Assembly (NCBI RefSeq): GCF_006345805.1
Contig: NC_043008.1
Coordinates: forward strand, 52,390,001 to 52,454,000
Reading direction: 5' to 3'
From: Octopus sinensis
Lineage: Eukaryota
DNA: 64,000 nt
Shown here: positions 13,003 to 24,960 of the stretch, piece by piece
Numbering within the stretch: the first letter of the stretch is position 1
How the letters are laid out: the number at the start of each line of letters is the position of its first letter
Translations under genes and position numbers: made by a program
Notes under the pieces: model-generated
Told to the model about the DNA's origin: nothing
The model's input: the letters and a program-made list of their open reading frames with translations, nothing else
Databases searched by the model: none

Positions 13003-14978
13003 CAAAATTCCTGTTGTTGTTCATATTTTTTATCTAAATTGTTTCCTCAAATTCACATATACAAAGCTTTTACCTCTTATTGAAGCAAAATGGTCCCCAT
13101 CTAAAGCTGACCACTTTAGAAACAGCTTGTTGTCCTTATTCTCAGCTAATTTGGTTGTTTGCTCATTTAAATTTACGCATTTCTATCAATTATCAGTTTT
13201 GAATGGATGCATGCTGAACTAAAGGTTAAATCTGGCTCCTAACTTTCAAACCACCATCTGTTGAATGTCAGTGCCAACACAAGCCATCTCATTGTGCTAC
13301 CCTAGTGTACTCTAATTGGTTTACAGTAATTAGTAAAACATCATGGTAGTCAGCTACAGGGTATGAAACTAGCATAGCAAGTGTGTGTACCATGCAGAGC
13401 AACCCTTGAATTTTCTGTGCACTCCCAGCCCCTACCCAGTCTTATACAGCAGACCCCAAAGCACTGCTCACATTAAAGTGTTGCCTGGAGCTGACTGCAC
13501 CCGTGCCCCATCCCCAGCTACACTGCTGGTATGTAAACAACTTCAGGCCTTAGGTGTGACATTGATTGTCAACTTCCAATTCAAAACTCTCTTCATAATT
13601 TGTTTTACTGTTTAGTCAGAGAGAGAAAGGCAATGCATGTAGTAAGACACTTTATCTTTTCTAGAGGCTAGTAGGAGGAAGGTGTCCTTGAATTGGAAAC
13701 CAGAGTTGAATGTTGACAACAGAGTGGATTCTGCTGAGAATAGCCAAGAATCAACTGGTGGTATTAAACTAGGCAACAAAACGTGCAAAGTGCTGGAATA
13801 GGCACTGTGAACAATTTCATCTGATGGTCTCACAGCTCTGTCAATCCATCATTCTTGACTGATATTTTATAACTTCAAGAAGTTGAAAAGCTAAGTTGAC
13901 CTCAATGGGAATTAGAACTCAAGATGCAGAGATTTGGAACAAATACAAAACTATGCTTTGTATTTGGTACTTTGCCATTTTGCTTTTGGTATTGAAAGCC
14001 AAGTAGGAGTGGAATATTATCATATCTAGAGACAAACACATTTAATATTTTCATCTACGGCATGGCTCTATGGTTAAGAGGTTTGCTTGGCAATCACAAG
14101 ATTTCAGGTTTAGTCTCACTGCATGGCACCTTGGTAAAGTGTTTCCTACTATAGCTTCAGACTAAAGTTATGTTGTGTGCATATGTGTTTATATATATAT
14201 AATGAGAGAAAGGGCGTTTCGCCATAGAAAATCTGCCCCAACGAATTACATCCAATGCATACGAGCTTGGGAAAGTGGATGTTAAAATGATGCTGATACT
14301 TAGCATCATCATTATAACATCTACTTTTCCGTGCTCATATGGGTTAGATGATATTTGTTGAGGCAGCCTTTCTACACTTGGTTGCCCTTCCTATCACTAA
14401 CTATCACCTGGGTTGGAGCAAAGTAATATTGCCTCATGGTTGGGCATGTTTTCTCATCAGGTTGGAAATGAAGGACTCTGCTTGTATGACAAAGACACTC
14501 ACTTACAACTACTCTGTAATGTCAAGACCTGAAGACACAAACCCCTACACACACACACACACACATGGACAGGTGTGACTGTGGGGTCGAAACATGCATC
14601 CCGACCACAGGCTTTTTGGGTTCAGTCTCAACTAACCAAAACTTTGTGAGTGAATTTGATAAATGGAAACTGAAAGTTCATTGTGTATATATATACATAC
14701 ATGAATGTATATATGTATACCCAATATTATGGATTCAGATAAATCAGTTACTTAAATGGTATGCATCAGGTTGGGTTGAATTCCAGGCCAGCATCAGCTG
14801 GAATCAGGTTCAGCTCACCCACTAAGGTAGAGTGTTGTTCTTATATTGTATCATCTGAAGAAAGCTTTTTGTTTTTGGTTATGATGTAATGTATTCATTA
14901 ATTTATTTAAAAAATCTGTTGGAAACAGCTGTAATGAAGTGATATGTAACCACCATTTGTTATTTATTTTATATATAT

Positions 14979-15375
14979 ACTAGCAGTATCGCCCGGCGTT
15001 GCTCGGGTTTGTAAGGGAAATAACTATATAAGCATTTTTAGAGATGTAAAGTATAATAGCCATCTCAATATGGCTAACCACAAAGGGGGATGTTACTGTA
15101 GCTTTTTACGTTCTGAGATTTAATAATAAATTTTTAGAGAGTTACTTCCCTTATATATGCCAAAAATGGATTAAAAATGGGAAAAATTCATGGTAAATTT
15201 TTTTTAAAATCATAGACTCACCGTAGACGCGCGCTAATACCCAGAAGGGCTCGATATGAATCACCACTATAAGATACCCGGTTTTGGTTAAACTGCACCG
15301 CAAAATGTGGGAGTAGTTAGGAATCTAAATCGTAGGAGACAGACAGCACACAACCTCACTTTTATATATAAAGAT
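14979..15375 (+). mobile_element. Helitron/HINE-like non-autonomous element
   Basis: Starts ACTAGCAGTATCGCCCGGCGTTGCTCGGG and ends CTTTTATATATAAAGAT. Sister copies at 23648 and 46350. The superfamily call is from end structure only. Confidence 0.6.
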
Positions 15376-15954
15376 ATATATATATACATATACACACACA
15401 CACATGCACACACACAATGAAAATAATAATAATGCTCTCAGTACACTCACTAAAGTAGTTGTATTTTGGAAGGACATCTAGTTATAGAAACCATGCTAAA
15501 AATGGAAAATACAAGTGAGAGGTTGTCCCCACATCCTTAACCCATCAAGAAGGGCAGTAACACTGAATAAGAACTTACTGAGACCATGATGACTCCAACC
15601 CAAATCAACATGGAAAAATGTACATAAAATAATGATAGTTGTGATATATTTAATATACTGTGCAGCCTGCAGGAAATTGTGGCAAAAGGAAGAGCGAAAC
15701 TCACAGGTTTGGTTTTCCAACTCAGAAGGATAAATGCCCAAAACAACTAAGCCTTTGGTACCACCAGAGGAATGAAGGAAGAGAGGGACACTCAAAAAGA
15801 CATGGTGCACCACTGTCAAAGAAGATCTGATGCAACTTAGCATCACCTGGGAAGATGCAGGTGACTATGCTCAAAACTGGGATGATTGGAAACATCTTGG
15901 TAATTGATGTACAGACCAGCTGTATGGGAGGGACGAAGACTAATGTGTGTGTGG

Positions 15955-16281
15955 TGGCGTGTAAAAAGCATCCTTCGAATGTTGAGCCTCATGGAGGCAG
16001 TGACAAGTGACCGAGACCTTTGGCAATACACTGTGCTTGAGATGGACCTGTCAAGCCATGTGAGATTGTAGTCATGGCCAATGCTGATGTTATGAAACTG
16101 GCACATAAAAAGCACTCGCTACACTCTTGGAGTAGCTGGCATTAGGAAGGGCATCAAGCCATAGAAACCATGTCAAATCAGATTGGAACCTAGTGTTGCT
16201 CCCAGTTTACCAGTTTTCAGTCAAACAAACCGTCCAACCCATACCAGCATGGAAAATAGACATTAAATGATGATGATGATG
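15955..16281 (+). mobile_element. RTE LINE 3' end (ORF end plus 3' UTR)
   Basis: Same ORF-end, UTR and (GAT)n tail as the element at 1322-2880. Confidence 0.75.
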
Positions 16282-16316
16282 ATATATATATATATATATA
16301 TATACACACTTTATTC

Positions 16317-16545
16317 AAAAGCAGCAGAAATATAACAAAAGCCGTTACTCAGAGTTTCACGTTTCTGTTCGTCGGACAGTTTTTTTTAACAAAACTGTCT
16401 GACGAATGGGAACGTGAAACTCTGAGTAACAGCTTTTGTTGTATTTCTGCTGCTTTTAAACAAAGCATATTACTCTACCTCTGGTATTTGAGTACTCTTT
16501 TTTCCACCTTGTTTCACATTTATGGGCTTATTCTGGTGTATATAT
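16317..16545. mobile_element. Penelope-like repeat with inverted hammerhead-bearing arms
   Basis: 67-bp inverted arms (16317-16383 and 16391-16457), each carrying a hammerhead motif, inserted at a (TA)n tract. The Penelope assignment is inferred from this architecture. Confidence 0.6.
16391..16437 (+). ncRNA. Minimal type I hammerhead ribozyme (canonical C3-G8 core)
   Basis: Stem I AAAACUGU/ACAGcUUUU; CUGACGA at 16399-16405; stem II AUG-GGAA-CGU; GAAA at 16416-16419; near-palindromic stem III ACUCUGAGU; GUA cleavage site after 16428. Confidence 0.75.
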
Positions 16546-17589
16546 ATATATATATATATATAAAACTAACCTCACCTGTGCTTGTGCCACGTAAAAAGCA
16601 CTTAATCCACTTTGCTGGGTGGTTAGTGTTAGGAAGGACATTCAGCTGTAAAAAGATATTTATTCTCTGATTTTAAAGCAATTTTTAAATATAAACAAAT
16701 AACCAAAAATTTATGAGCTAACCTCAGGCTGAATCAAACTCACAAATCGATGCTTTCATGGCTCCTTGCAAATCTGATTGGCCAAACGCTCACCCATCAA
16801 TTTCAGTCAAATTCAGTTAATATATACCTAAACTGTCTTATCTTAATACTACATAAATAATATTTTTATAAACAAACCCGAAAGGCTTTGTGAGTTACAG
16901 AGTGAAAGCTACTATGGAAGGCTCATGGTATAATAACTGCATATAATATATATTGTAATGATATTTACTCTCTGATTTTAAAGCGACAATTTTTAGATAT
17001 ATATCATCATTGGCTCATATATCCGAAAAAGAAGCATACACACACACACACATGCTTTTTTAAAATTATTAATAATCAACTGAAGTTACAGAGCGACTCA
17101 AAGGCCAAGAGTTTTGGTACTTATCAAACTGGTTATCAACCAGTTTGATAAGTGCTTGAATCAGTCACTCAGACTTCTGCCGATTGTTAAGAGAAGAGCA
17201 TAAACTCCTGTTTGGAGGTCTACTTTCCTGTTTTCATCACCAATCCTGTATGTGTATATATATATATATCTATATGCACACACACATAAATGTATATTGG
17301 TAGACCTACACACTTGTATAAGTATATATGTGTGTGAGTATGTATATGTATGTCTGTATATATATGTATATATTATTTTCATTAACATCACCATCATCAT
17401 CATTTAACTTCTGTTTTCCATTCTTGTATGGTTTGGATGGCTTGACAAGTATAGTATGTATATATGTAATCATCATCATCATCGTTTATGATGATGATGT
17501 ATGTGTGTGTATGTATATATGCATGTATATGTATATATACATATTTGTATGTTTGTATATGTATATATACATATTTGTAAGTTAGTTAA

Positions 17590-18495
17590 TTTTTTGGCTC
17601 AAACAGCAAAAAGCAAGGCCATGTAGGGGGACATGGAGTTATGTACAGGGTGGTGTTCATGTAAAGAGTTCAGGCCACTTGTGTTCAAGGGAGACTTTGA
17701 ACTGAGCGGTCGTCGGCATCTTCACTATCTCGTCCGGCAACTTATTCTACGGATCCGCAACCCGGACGGAGAAAGCCCCTCTCCTTCGATTGAGATGAAA
17801 TCATTGCAGATAGAGCTTTTCGGAGTGACCCCGCAGCCGACACTCTGGAGCAGGAGTGAATTGACAGGGCCAATATAGTTGACAAGGCCATTAGGGAAAA
17901 GAAACAGGCATGGAAGGATGGTAGTAGCAAGGAACTGTATCAGATCGCCAGAAGAGAAGCAGATTAGAAAAAATTTGCTAATGTTCTGCATCGTGAGGAC
18001 CAAAGACTTGATGTGTGAGAGAGAATCGTGATGTCATAGGATATAATTGTCTACATAGATGACTTACATTTAATGAGGCTGCAAAGAGAGAGAGACTTGG
18101 AGACACAGCTATGAAAGGTAGATTGTATGGTGTATGTGTGCGAACTGCCATGCTACACAGCAGTGAAACATGGCTATGACTGCTGAGGACATGTGTAGGC
18201 TTGAAAGAAATGAAGCTAGTGTGATGCACTGGATGTGTAATGTCAGTGTGCATACATGACAGAGTGTGAGCACCCTGAGAGAAAAGTTGGGCCTAAGAAG
18301 TATCAAATGTGGTGTGCAAGAGAGACGACTACACTGGTGTGGTCATGTGTTACATATGAATGAAGACAGCTGTGTGAGGAGGTGCCACTCCCTAACTGTA
18401 GAAGGAACCTGTGGAAGATGTAGACCCAAGATGACATGGCACGAGGTGGTGAAGAATGACCTTTGAACATTGGGCCTCACAGAGGCAATGACAGG
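17590..18495 (+). mobile_element. Fragmented RTE LINE
   Basis: Peptides DKAIREKKQAWK and LREKLGLRSIKCGVQERRLHWCGHVLHM...GRCRPKMTW are RTE-type. Confidence 0.8.
17670..17872 (-). mobile_element. CR1-like LINE 3' coding fragment nested in the RTE
   Basis: Minus frame LRGHSEKLYLQ*FHLNRRRGAFSVRVADP*NKLPDEIV matches the CR1 C-terminal pattern LRGH..KL...FS.RV...WN.LP. Confidence 0.7.
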
Positions 18496-18690
18496 ATATA
18501 TATATATATATATAGTACAAAGTAAGATAGGGGTTATGAATGTAACCCACTATGGGATATCAGTTATCCAATATACTGTTGGTAAAGTACCCAAATTCTT
18601 AATACATAAATGCTTTTAATTGCAATGCAATTAATTCATTCATTGTATTAAATGGGTGAAGGTAAAAAATATTTTTACCGTAAATTCATA

Positions 18691-18852
18691 ATACAAATAA
18701 GAAAATGGAGAAACAAATTCATCTCGTTCATCAACTTATGGATATTACAATTTTACATTATTTATTAATTATACAAATGAGAACATGTAAAATTGTAATA
18801 TCCGTAAGTTGATGAACGAGATAAATTTGTTTCTCCATTTTCTTATTTGTAT
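18691..18852. repeat. Inverted repeat, 68-bp arms
   Basis: 18691-18758 is the reverse complement of 18785-18852 with 2 mismatches. Confidence 0.85.
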
Positions 18853-18925
18853 ATATATATATAATATATATATATATATTTACACACACACACATATATA
18901 TATATATATACATATATATACACAT

Positions 18926-18958
<33 letters not shown>

Positions 18959-19031
18959 GGGTGGCGAATACTCGTTATAAATATCACCACCAGTGGCCTA
19001 GCATGTATAAAAAGTCAATAGACAACATATT

Positions 19032-19238
19032 CGTATTTTAAAATAGAAAATTATCCATTACCAGGTAATTTTTACATGCTAGAAATAGCAGCCAAACAGC
19101 CAAAATAAAAACCTATGGTTTTTATTTTTCATTTACTTCGAAATTTGCTATAAAATTGTGGTTTTTGGCCGTGTTTGGCTGCTATTTCTAGCATATAAAA
19201 ATTACCTGGTAAAGGGTAATTTTCTATTTTGAAATACG
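19032..19238. mobile_element. MITE-like hairpin, 66-bp arms (CTAGAAATAGCAGCCAAA family)
   Basis: Arms 19032-19097 and 19173-19238. The same internal motif occurs in the hairpin at 60186. Confidence 0.7.
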
Positions 19239-19639
19239 TATATATATATAATCACCAAAGTAAATTCTGTGTATAGTATCTCGTTTAACTCTTTACTGTC
19301 TATGCCAGTCTCCTTTGCCTTACATCTCACTGTAAATAACATAAGAGTGTATTCAAATTTAACAAGAGTTGAATGAAACTTAAAATAATGTCAATCATTA
19401 GATGCTGAGCTGTAAAGCCATATAAGGTAAGGAGTGAAGGGAGATAACTAGGTATCACACGATATTTTGTCATCTGCTTTCTTAGTCATTACATGTTTTT
19501 TCATTTGTAACATTATTGGTACAAGAAGGAGCAGTTGATTGATTTTACCACAGCTCTTTACTGGTATCTTATTTTATCAAGGCTATTTCACATAATGCCA
19601 TGACACTGCATCCTTTAAGGCCCTCATTCTTTCTGAAAT

Positions 19640-19707
19640 CCGCCGAAACTACACCTGATTATATATACACTTTAGATGAGTTGTAGTGCACCTGAGCACT
19701 GTACACA

Positions 19708-19740
<33 letters not shown>
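19640..19740 (+). mobile_element. CR1-like 3' tail with (ATT)n
   Basis: GTTGTAGTGCACCTGAGCACTGTACACAATTATTATT matches the tail of the CR1 at 51493-52140. Confidence 0.65.
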
Positions 19741-19742
<2 letters not shown>

Positions 19743-19783
19743 AGATATTGACAACAGTTTCTCTTGGCTGTTTCGTCTTTCAG

Positions 19784-19882
19784 TTGGTTGGGGTACAGCA
19801 GAACAAAGAGGTTTCGGTGAACAACCAGGCATAAAAGCGCAGCTAATTAACCTTGTGAGAGCAATACGAACAGTGATGAAAA
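19784..19882 (+). CDS. IER3IP1: IER3IP1 exon 2
   Basis: TTTCAG acceptor, (I)GWGTAEQRGFGEQPGIKAQLINLVRAIRTVMK, 99 nt, GTAAGT donor. Phases fit exons 1 and 3. Confidence 0.96.
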
Positions 19883-19927
19883 GTAAGTGTTACTTCCAAT
19901 TTTTCTTCTCCATTATTTCTTTTTCTC

Positions 19928-20290
19928 TTTTACTTGCTTCAGTCATTTGACTGCGGCCATGCTGGAGCACCGCCTTTCATCGAGGAAATCGACCCCCCAG
20001 GACTTATTCTTTGTAAGCCTAGTACTATCGGTCTCTTTTGCCGAACCGCTAAGTTACGGGGACGTAAACACACCAACATCGGTTGTCAAGCGATGTTGGG
20101 GGGGACAAACACAGACACACATATATATACATATATACGACGGGCTTCTTTCAGTTTTCGTCTACCAAATCCACTCACAAGGCTTTGGTCAGCTTGAGGC
20201 TATAGTAGAAGACACTTGCCCAAGATGCCACGCAGTGGGACTGAACCCGGAGCCATGTGGTTGGTAAGCAAGCTACTTACCACACAGCCT
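19928..20290 (-). mobile_element. tRNA-derived SINE, family A (CORE-like, central microsatellite)
   Basis: tRNA-like head (TGTGTGGTAAG...GGTTCAGTCCC), CTTGGGCAAGTGTCTTCT core and a shared 3' body. Confidence 0.85.
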
Positions 20291-20934
20291 ATTTTTATTA
20301 TAATTATTTATAATTATAATGTTGCTGAATGAAAGAAATTCTTGGAATTAAAATTACTCTCTTTATTTTTAATTCTTTCGCCTTTTGTTTAATTCAGTTA
20401 TAGAACTGTGCCCACAGTGAGGTACTGCTTTGATTAAACAAATCAACCCAAATACTTATGTATTTTTTAAAATCTGGTACTTATTCTACCTCTAAGTTAC
20501 AGGGAAATAAACAAACCAAACCTGGTTATCAAATGGTGATGGTGGACAGACGAAAAGACACACAAGCATACAAACGTTCATGTACACACACACATGCAGA
20601 TTGGGCTTCCACACAGTATCCATCTAAAAAATTCACTCATAAGTCATTGTTTGGTCCAGGTCTATAGTTGAACACACTTGCCTAAGATACTGTGCAATGA
20701 GACTGAACCCAAAACCATACAGTTGGAAAGTGAGCTTCTTAACTGACCACCACCACAATCATAGAGCCATGCCCGCTAAAAATCCATTTGGCTATTTTTT
20801 TTTTTTTTTTCCCTCTAAATTTGAAATTATAACATTTTGAAAGAAAATATTGAAAATAAAAATTACTGTTTTAAATTGTTTTCTGTAACAAAACACTTTT
20901 TTTTTCTCAAAAATTTATTTCTCAGCTTATAATC

Positions 20935-21339
20935 ATCATCATCGTTTAACGTCCGTTCTCCATGCTAGCATGGGTTGGACGGTTCAACTGGGGATCTGGG
21001 AAGCCAGAAGGCTGCACCAGGCTCCAGTCTGATCTGGCAGTGTTTCTACAGCTGGATGCCCTTCCTAACACCAACCACTCTGTGAGTGTAGTGGGTGCTT
21101 TTTACGTGCCACCTGCACAGGTGCCAGGCGAGGCTGGCAACGGCCACGGTCGGATTGGTGCATTTTATGTGCCACCGGCACGGAAGCCAGTCGAGGCGGC
21201 ACTGGCATCGGCCACAATTCAGATGGTGCTTTTTACAAGCCACCGGCACGGAAGCCAGTCGAGGCGGCACTGGCATCGGCCACAATTCGGATGGTGCTTT
21301 TTACGTGCCACCGGCACAGAAGCCAGTCTAGGCGGCGCT
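20935..21339 (-). mobile_element. RTE 3' UTR copy abutting the IER3IP1 exon 3 acceptor
   Basis: Family 3' UTR with internal subrepeats, ending about 30 nt before the AG at 21368-21369. Confidence 0.8.
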
Positions 21340-21369
21340 TTTTATATTCTTCTTATTTTTCTTTTTCAG

Positions 21370-21425
21370 TTCCACTGATTGGATTAAATGTACTCACAAT
21401 TGTTGTTAAGTTACTATTTGGTTAA
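21370..21425 (+). CDS. IER3IP1: IER3IP1 exon 3 (terminal)
   Basis: TTTTCAG acceptor, (I)PLIGLNVLTIVVKLLFG*, 56 nt. Exon total 91+99+56=246 nt, giving 81 aa plus stop. Confidence 0.95.
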
Positions 21426-21628
21426 AGACTCTTGAACCTATGGCAAGTTCATTCAGCTTTATCATGCAGAAGGAAACAAACACTACAGCTTCTACAAAGA
21501 CCATTGCATTCAACAACAGCTGCATCAGTAATGGTAAAGCAATGAAGAACTATCTACAAACTTCTTGTTGACATCCTATATAAAAGAAACATTTCTTCAG
21601 TCGTAGAAGTGATACACATATAACTATT

Positions 21629-21691
<63 letters not shown>

Positions 21692-23647
21692 CACACACAC
21701 ACACACATATGTATATGTTCCACTGCATGGTGCTTCAATGTTTTACTGTTTCTGTTAACAATCATAATGTCTAAGAGCCATTTTATTGTGTTGCAATAAG
21801 ATTATTAGTGTACATTAATTTTTTTTTATTCTGTGTTTTTTTACAAAAATGCATTACATTATTTTCATTTCCAAAGAACACATAAAGAAAAATACCAAAC
21901 AATAATGTTAATTTTTAAAATTCTTTATTTTTTTTTTTTTTACTCTCTCCTCAGAAACTTTCATAAAAATATATTCTTATGGCTTATCCACTACCAACGA
22001 AATTATTTGTTATTTTCAACAATATTTACTGATAAAATTAATATTTTGGATTTGAATTTTTATATATTTTCCAAAATATTTACTTATATAACTAGTTTGT
22101 TATCTCTGCATGCATACATATAATGACTTCACTTTTAAGTTAAGTTAAAACTATTTGTCTTCAAACTTCCTGAAATGAACCCCTTCTGTTGCGCTCTGGT
22201 CTCTTTCTGCCACAGATTCTGCTCTTCTGTTCTTCAAAACTTGAAGCAATACCAACGATGTGTGCTCACCTCTCTCTATCCTTCTTATATCTATCATTGA
22301 TTTAATCATCAAACCCTTTATTAAATAGACTGGAATTCATGCCTCAGATCTCTCTAAAACATTCTTCTTGCAATGGTCTCCCTTCCAAATAGTTTAATGA
22401 AATTGAACATCACTAAACTCAAGGACCCTAAAGGTGTCTGAAAAGGTTATGGGCACACTTCATGCTTCCTCCAGACAGCCTATAAACAAACTAAAGGCAT
22501 TAAAGACTTTCAATAATTTGGTCTCTTTTGGGTGCTAAGTTTACTAAATACATACAAACCATACATACATGTCTCTATATACATATATTCACACACAGAC
22601 ACATAAATATATATTTACATACACACACGCACACATATATATAGTGTGTTCAAATCTTACAACAGCTATAGTGTTCTCTCCAGGGTGGCAGACAGCTCTC
22701 TGCCTTGGGTTATTTTCCTACTTCAGAGATGAGTTGTTTGTGGTAGAAAAAACTACAACATTCAGCCATAAAAACAATTCGTCTAAAAACTAAAAGGTAA
22801 AACATGTTTTCAAGATAAAAATAATGGATGTAAAATAAATCTGTTTATATTAAATAAGACTCTTATAATTCATTGATTTTCTACTTATTGCTTTTTCTTT
22901 TTTTCCTTGGCAGTTCTTTTATTTTGCTTTTTTGCAATTCTCAATTTATTGTCAAGGTTTTTTGTTGATCATATCAACCCTAAGAAGTATGATCTTAACT
23001 CTGCTACTTATCTCAATGATATACATGTTCACTCAACCAGTAAAATAACTGCAAATACATTACTTATAATATATAAGCAAATACACTGTTCTTAAATACT
23101 AATGGTGACACATCTTGTCTAGGCATGTTTTTGGCAGCGAGAACATGTCATTGAGAAGGCTTAATGAGGCCAAAGTGCCTCTGATGTTCTCGTTAGCTGC
23201 TGCTGGCATGATTTTTGCCTCCCTCCAATACATTGTGGGTTTTTTAAACACAGCACTCCATACAAGATGTTATTTCTGGACAAATGCTGCAGTAAATTGC
23301 CTTTCGGTGATTACTTACATAGAGTATGATACATAAATGGCTATATTAATTTAATACTGATTCCTGCTGTATATTAGGAAAAACTGAGGTTTTTTGGGAC
23401 ATCAACACAATAACAGGCATGGGGACAGACAGACAGATGGAAGCAGGTACAAGTTGGTGACAAGGAAGGCTTCTGGTTCTAGAAAAATCTGCATCCAAGA
23501 ATTGTTCAACCCATGTAAGCTTGGAAAAACAGACATTAAAAGAAGGTGATGACTTTAGTAAAAATATGGCATCAAAAGGCTTAAAGTTGACCTTAATTCT
23601 TATTATTGAAGCTAAGCAAGACCTTGTAGAGTTAGTTTTATCATTTG

Positions 23648-24022
23648 ACTAGCAGTATCGCCCGGCGTTGCTCAGGTTTGTAAGGGAAATAACTATAAAG
23701 CATTTTTAGAGAGTTATAGCCAAAAAATAGCAAAAAAATGGGAAAAAAATTATGGTAAATTTTTTTTTGAGATTTAAAAAAGGTGGAGTTGCGTCCCCTA
23801 GATTGTTTCTGATTCTCGACCCCATGTCGAATTTATCGACTTTTTTCAGAACTGGGGGAACTTTTCAAAATTTTCGCTGCGTTAGTTTTGAATTATGACA
23901 TTGGGCTATGTGTGTGTCAAGTTTCATCAGAATCGGTTGAAAGCCGTGGTCAGGGTGAGGGTACAAGCAAACAGACACACAGAAACACGCACAGACAAAC
24001 TGCCGTTTATATAGAGAGAGAT
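23648..24022 (+). mobile_element. Helitron/HINE-like element
   Basis: Same ACTAGCAGTATCGCCCGGCG start as the copy at 14979. Confidence 0.6.
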
Positions 24023-24495
24023 AATTAACAATTCTTTGGAATCCTATTTTCTATGGATGGCTTGTCACCCATGGTTATCAACCCTCGTGGAGAATGTTCT
24101 GTTTTAAAACAAAAATGAAAAATGTGTTTTATTTAATTTTGCTTTAAGGTAATAAATATATTTTTTTTTGTTCAAGTACCAAGAAATTTGATAAAAGTTG
24201 CACCAGAAGTCAATATGAGAGCTTCTCTCGTGTTAACTACCACAGTATAGTTTGTTCTAACAGAACACCCACGTTTAAGTGGAGATAAATATTACTTCTC
24301 GATGTCTTGCAAACAACTTGCACATGCAAGTGCTACCAGTCAAGAACTCTGCATACCGGAAGCCAGCAAGTGTATGAAGTCATCAAGAGAGAATGAGTGC
24401 CGTTTTGGCGCCTACCTCTCAATGAACATCAATTTGCACCGGCCCTCACTGATATGAGGACCTGCTTGCTAGATCAGCTGGTTATCAAATAAAGC

Positions 24496-24960
24496 TCAAT
24501 ATTCTTCTAGCCATCGCTCATCATCTCTTTTTAACCAAATCCAGTGGCTAGCCTTCTCCACTGTAGTTTGGATATCGGTCATGGTGATATTGACTTTATG
24601 ATGAGTTAGGCCTATCGATAACAACAGTCGTCTCACACTGTGTCCAACGAACCCTCTACATCCAACTTCGATTGGAAAATGCTCTGCTTTCCAGCATTCA
24701 TCTTCACATTCCTCAAGGAGGTTTACATAATGGTCAATCTTTCGAGCCCAAGCAGCCTCCGTGTTATCTTTACAAGGAACCGTTTACTCGACTAGATTTA
24801 CAACTTTCCTTCTTTCACACCACATCAAAATGTCCGGTTTTTTCGTAACTGAGATGGGAAAGAACCCCTGGCACGCACGTAAATCTGCAGTCACTTCCCA
24901 ATAGCCATTCCACTTTTCATCTCTTTCACAGGATATTAACCCTTTCAATACCAACCCGAC
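24496..24960 (-). mobile_element. 5'-truncated RLE-type non-LTR retrotransposon (HERO-like) endonuclease C-terminus
   Basis: In-frame KPDILMWCERRKVVNLVE*TVPCKDNTEAAWARKIDHY...FPIEVGCRGFVG...EKASHWIWLKR, a PD-(D/E)xK RLE. One internal stop (ELTVP to E*TVP). Terminal TGA at 24496-24498. Confidence 0.8.

Noticed and set aside
11097-13037. Mirror-image ORFs at 11097-11420 and 12652-13037
   Set aside because: By-products of the inverted TIR subrepeats, with no transposase motifs.
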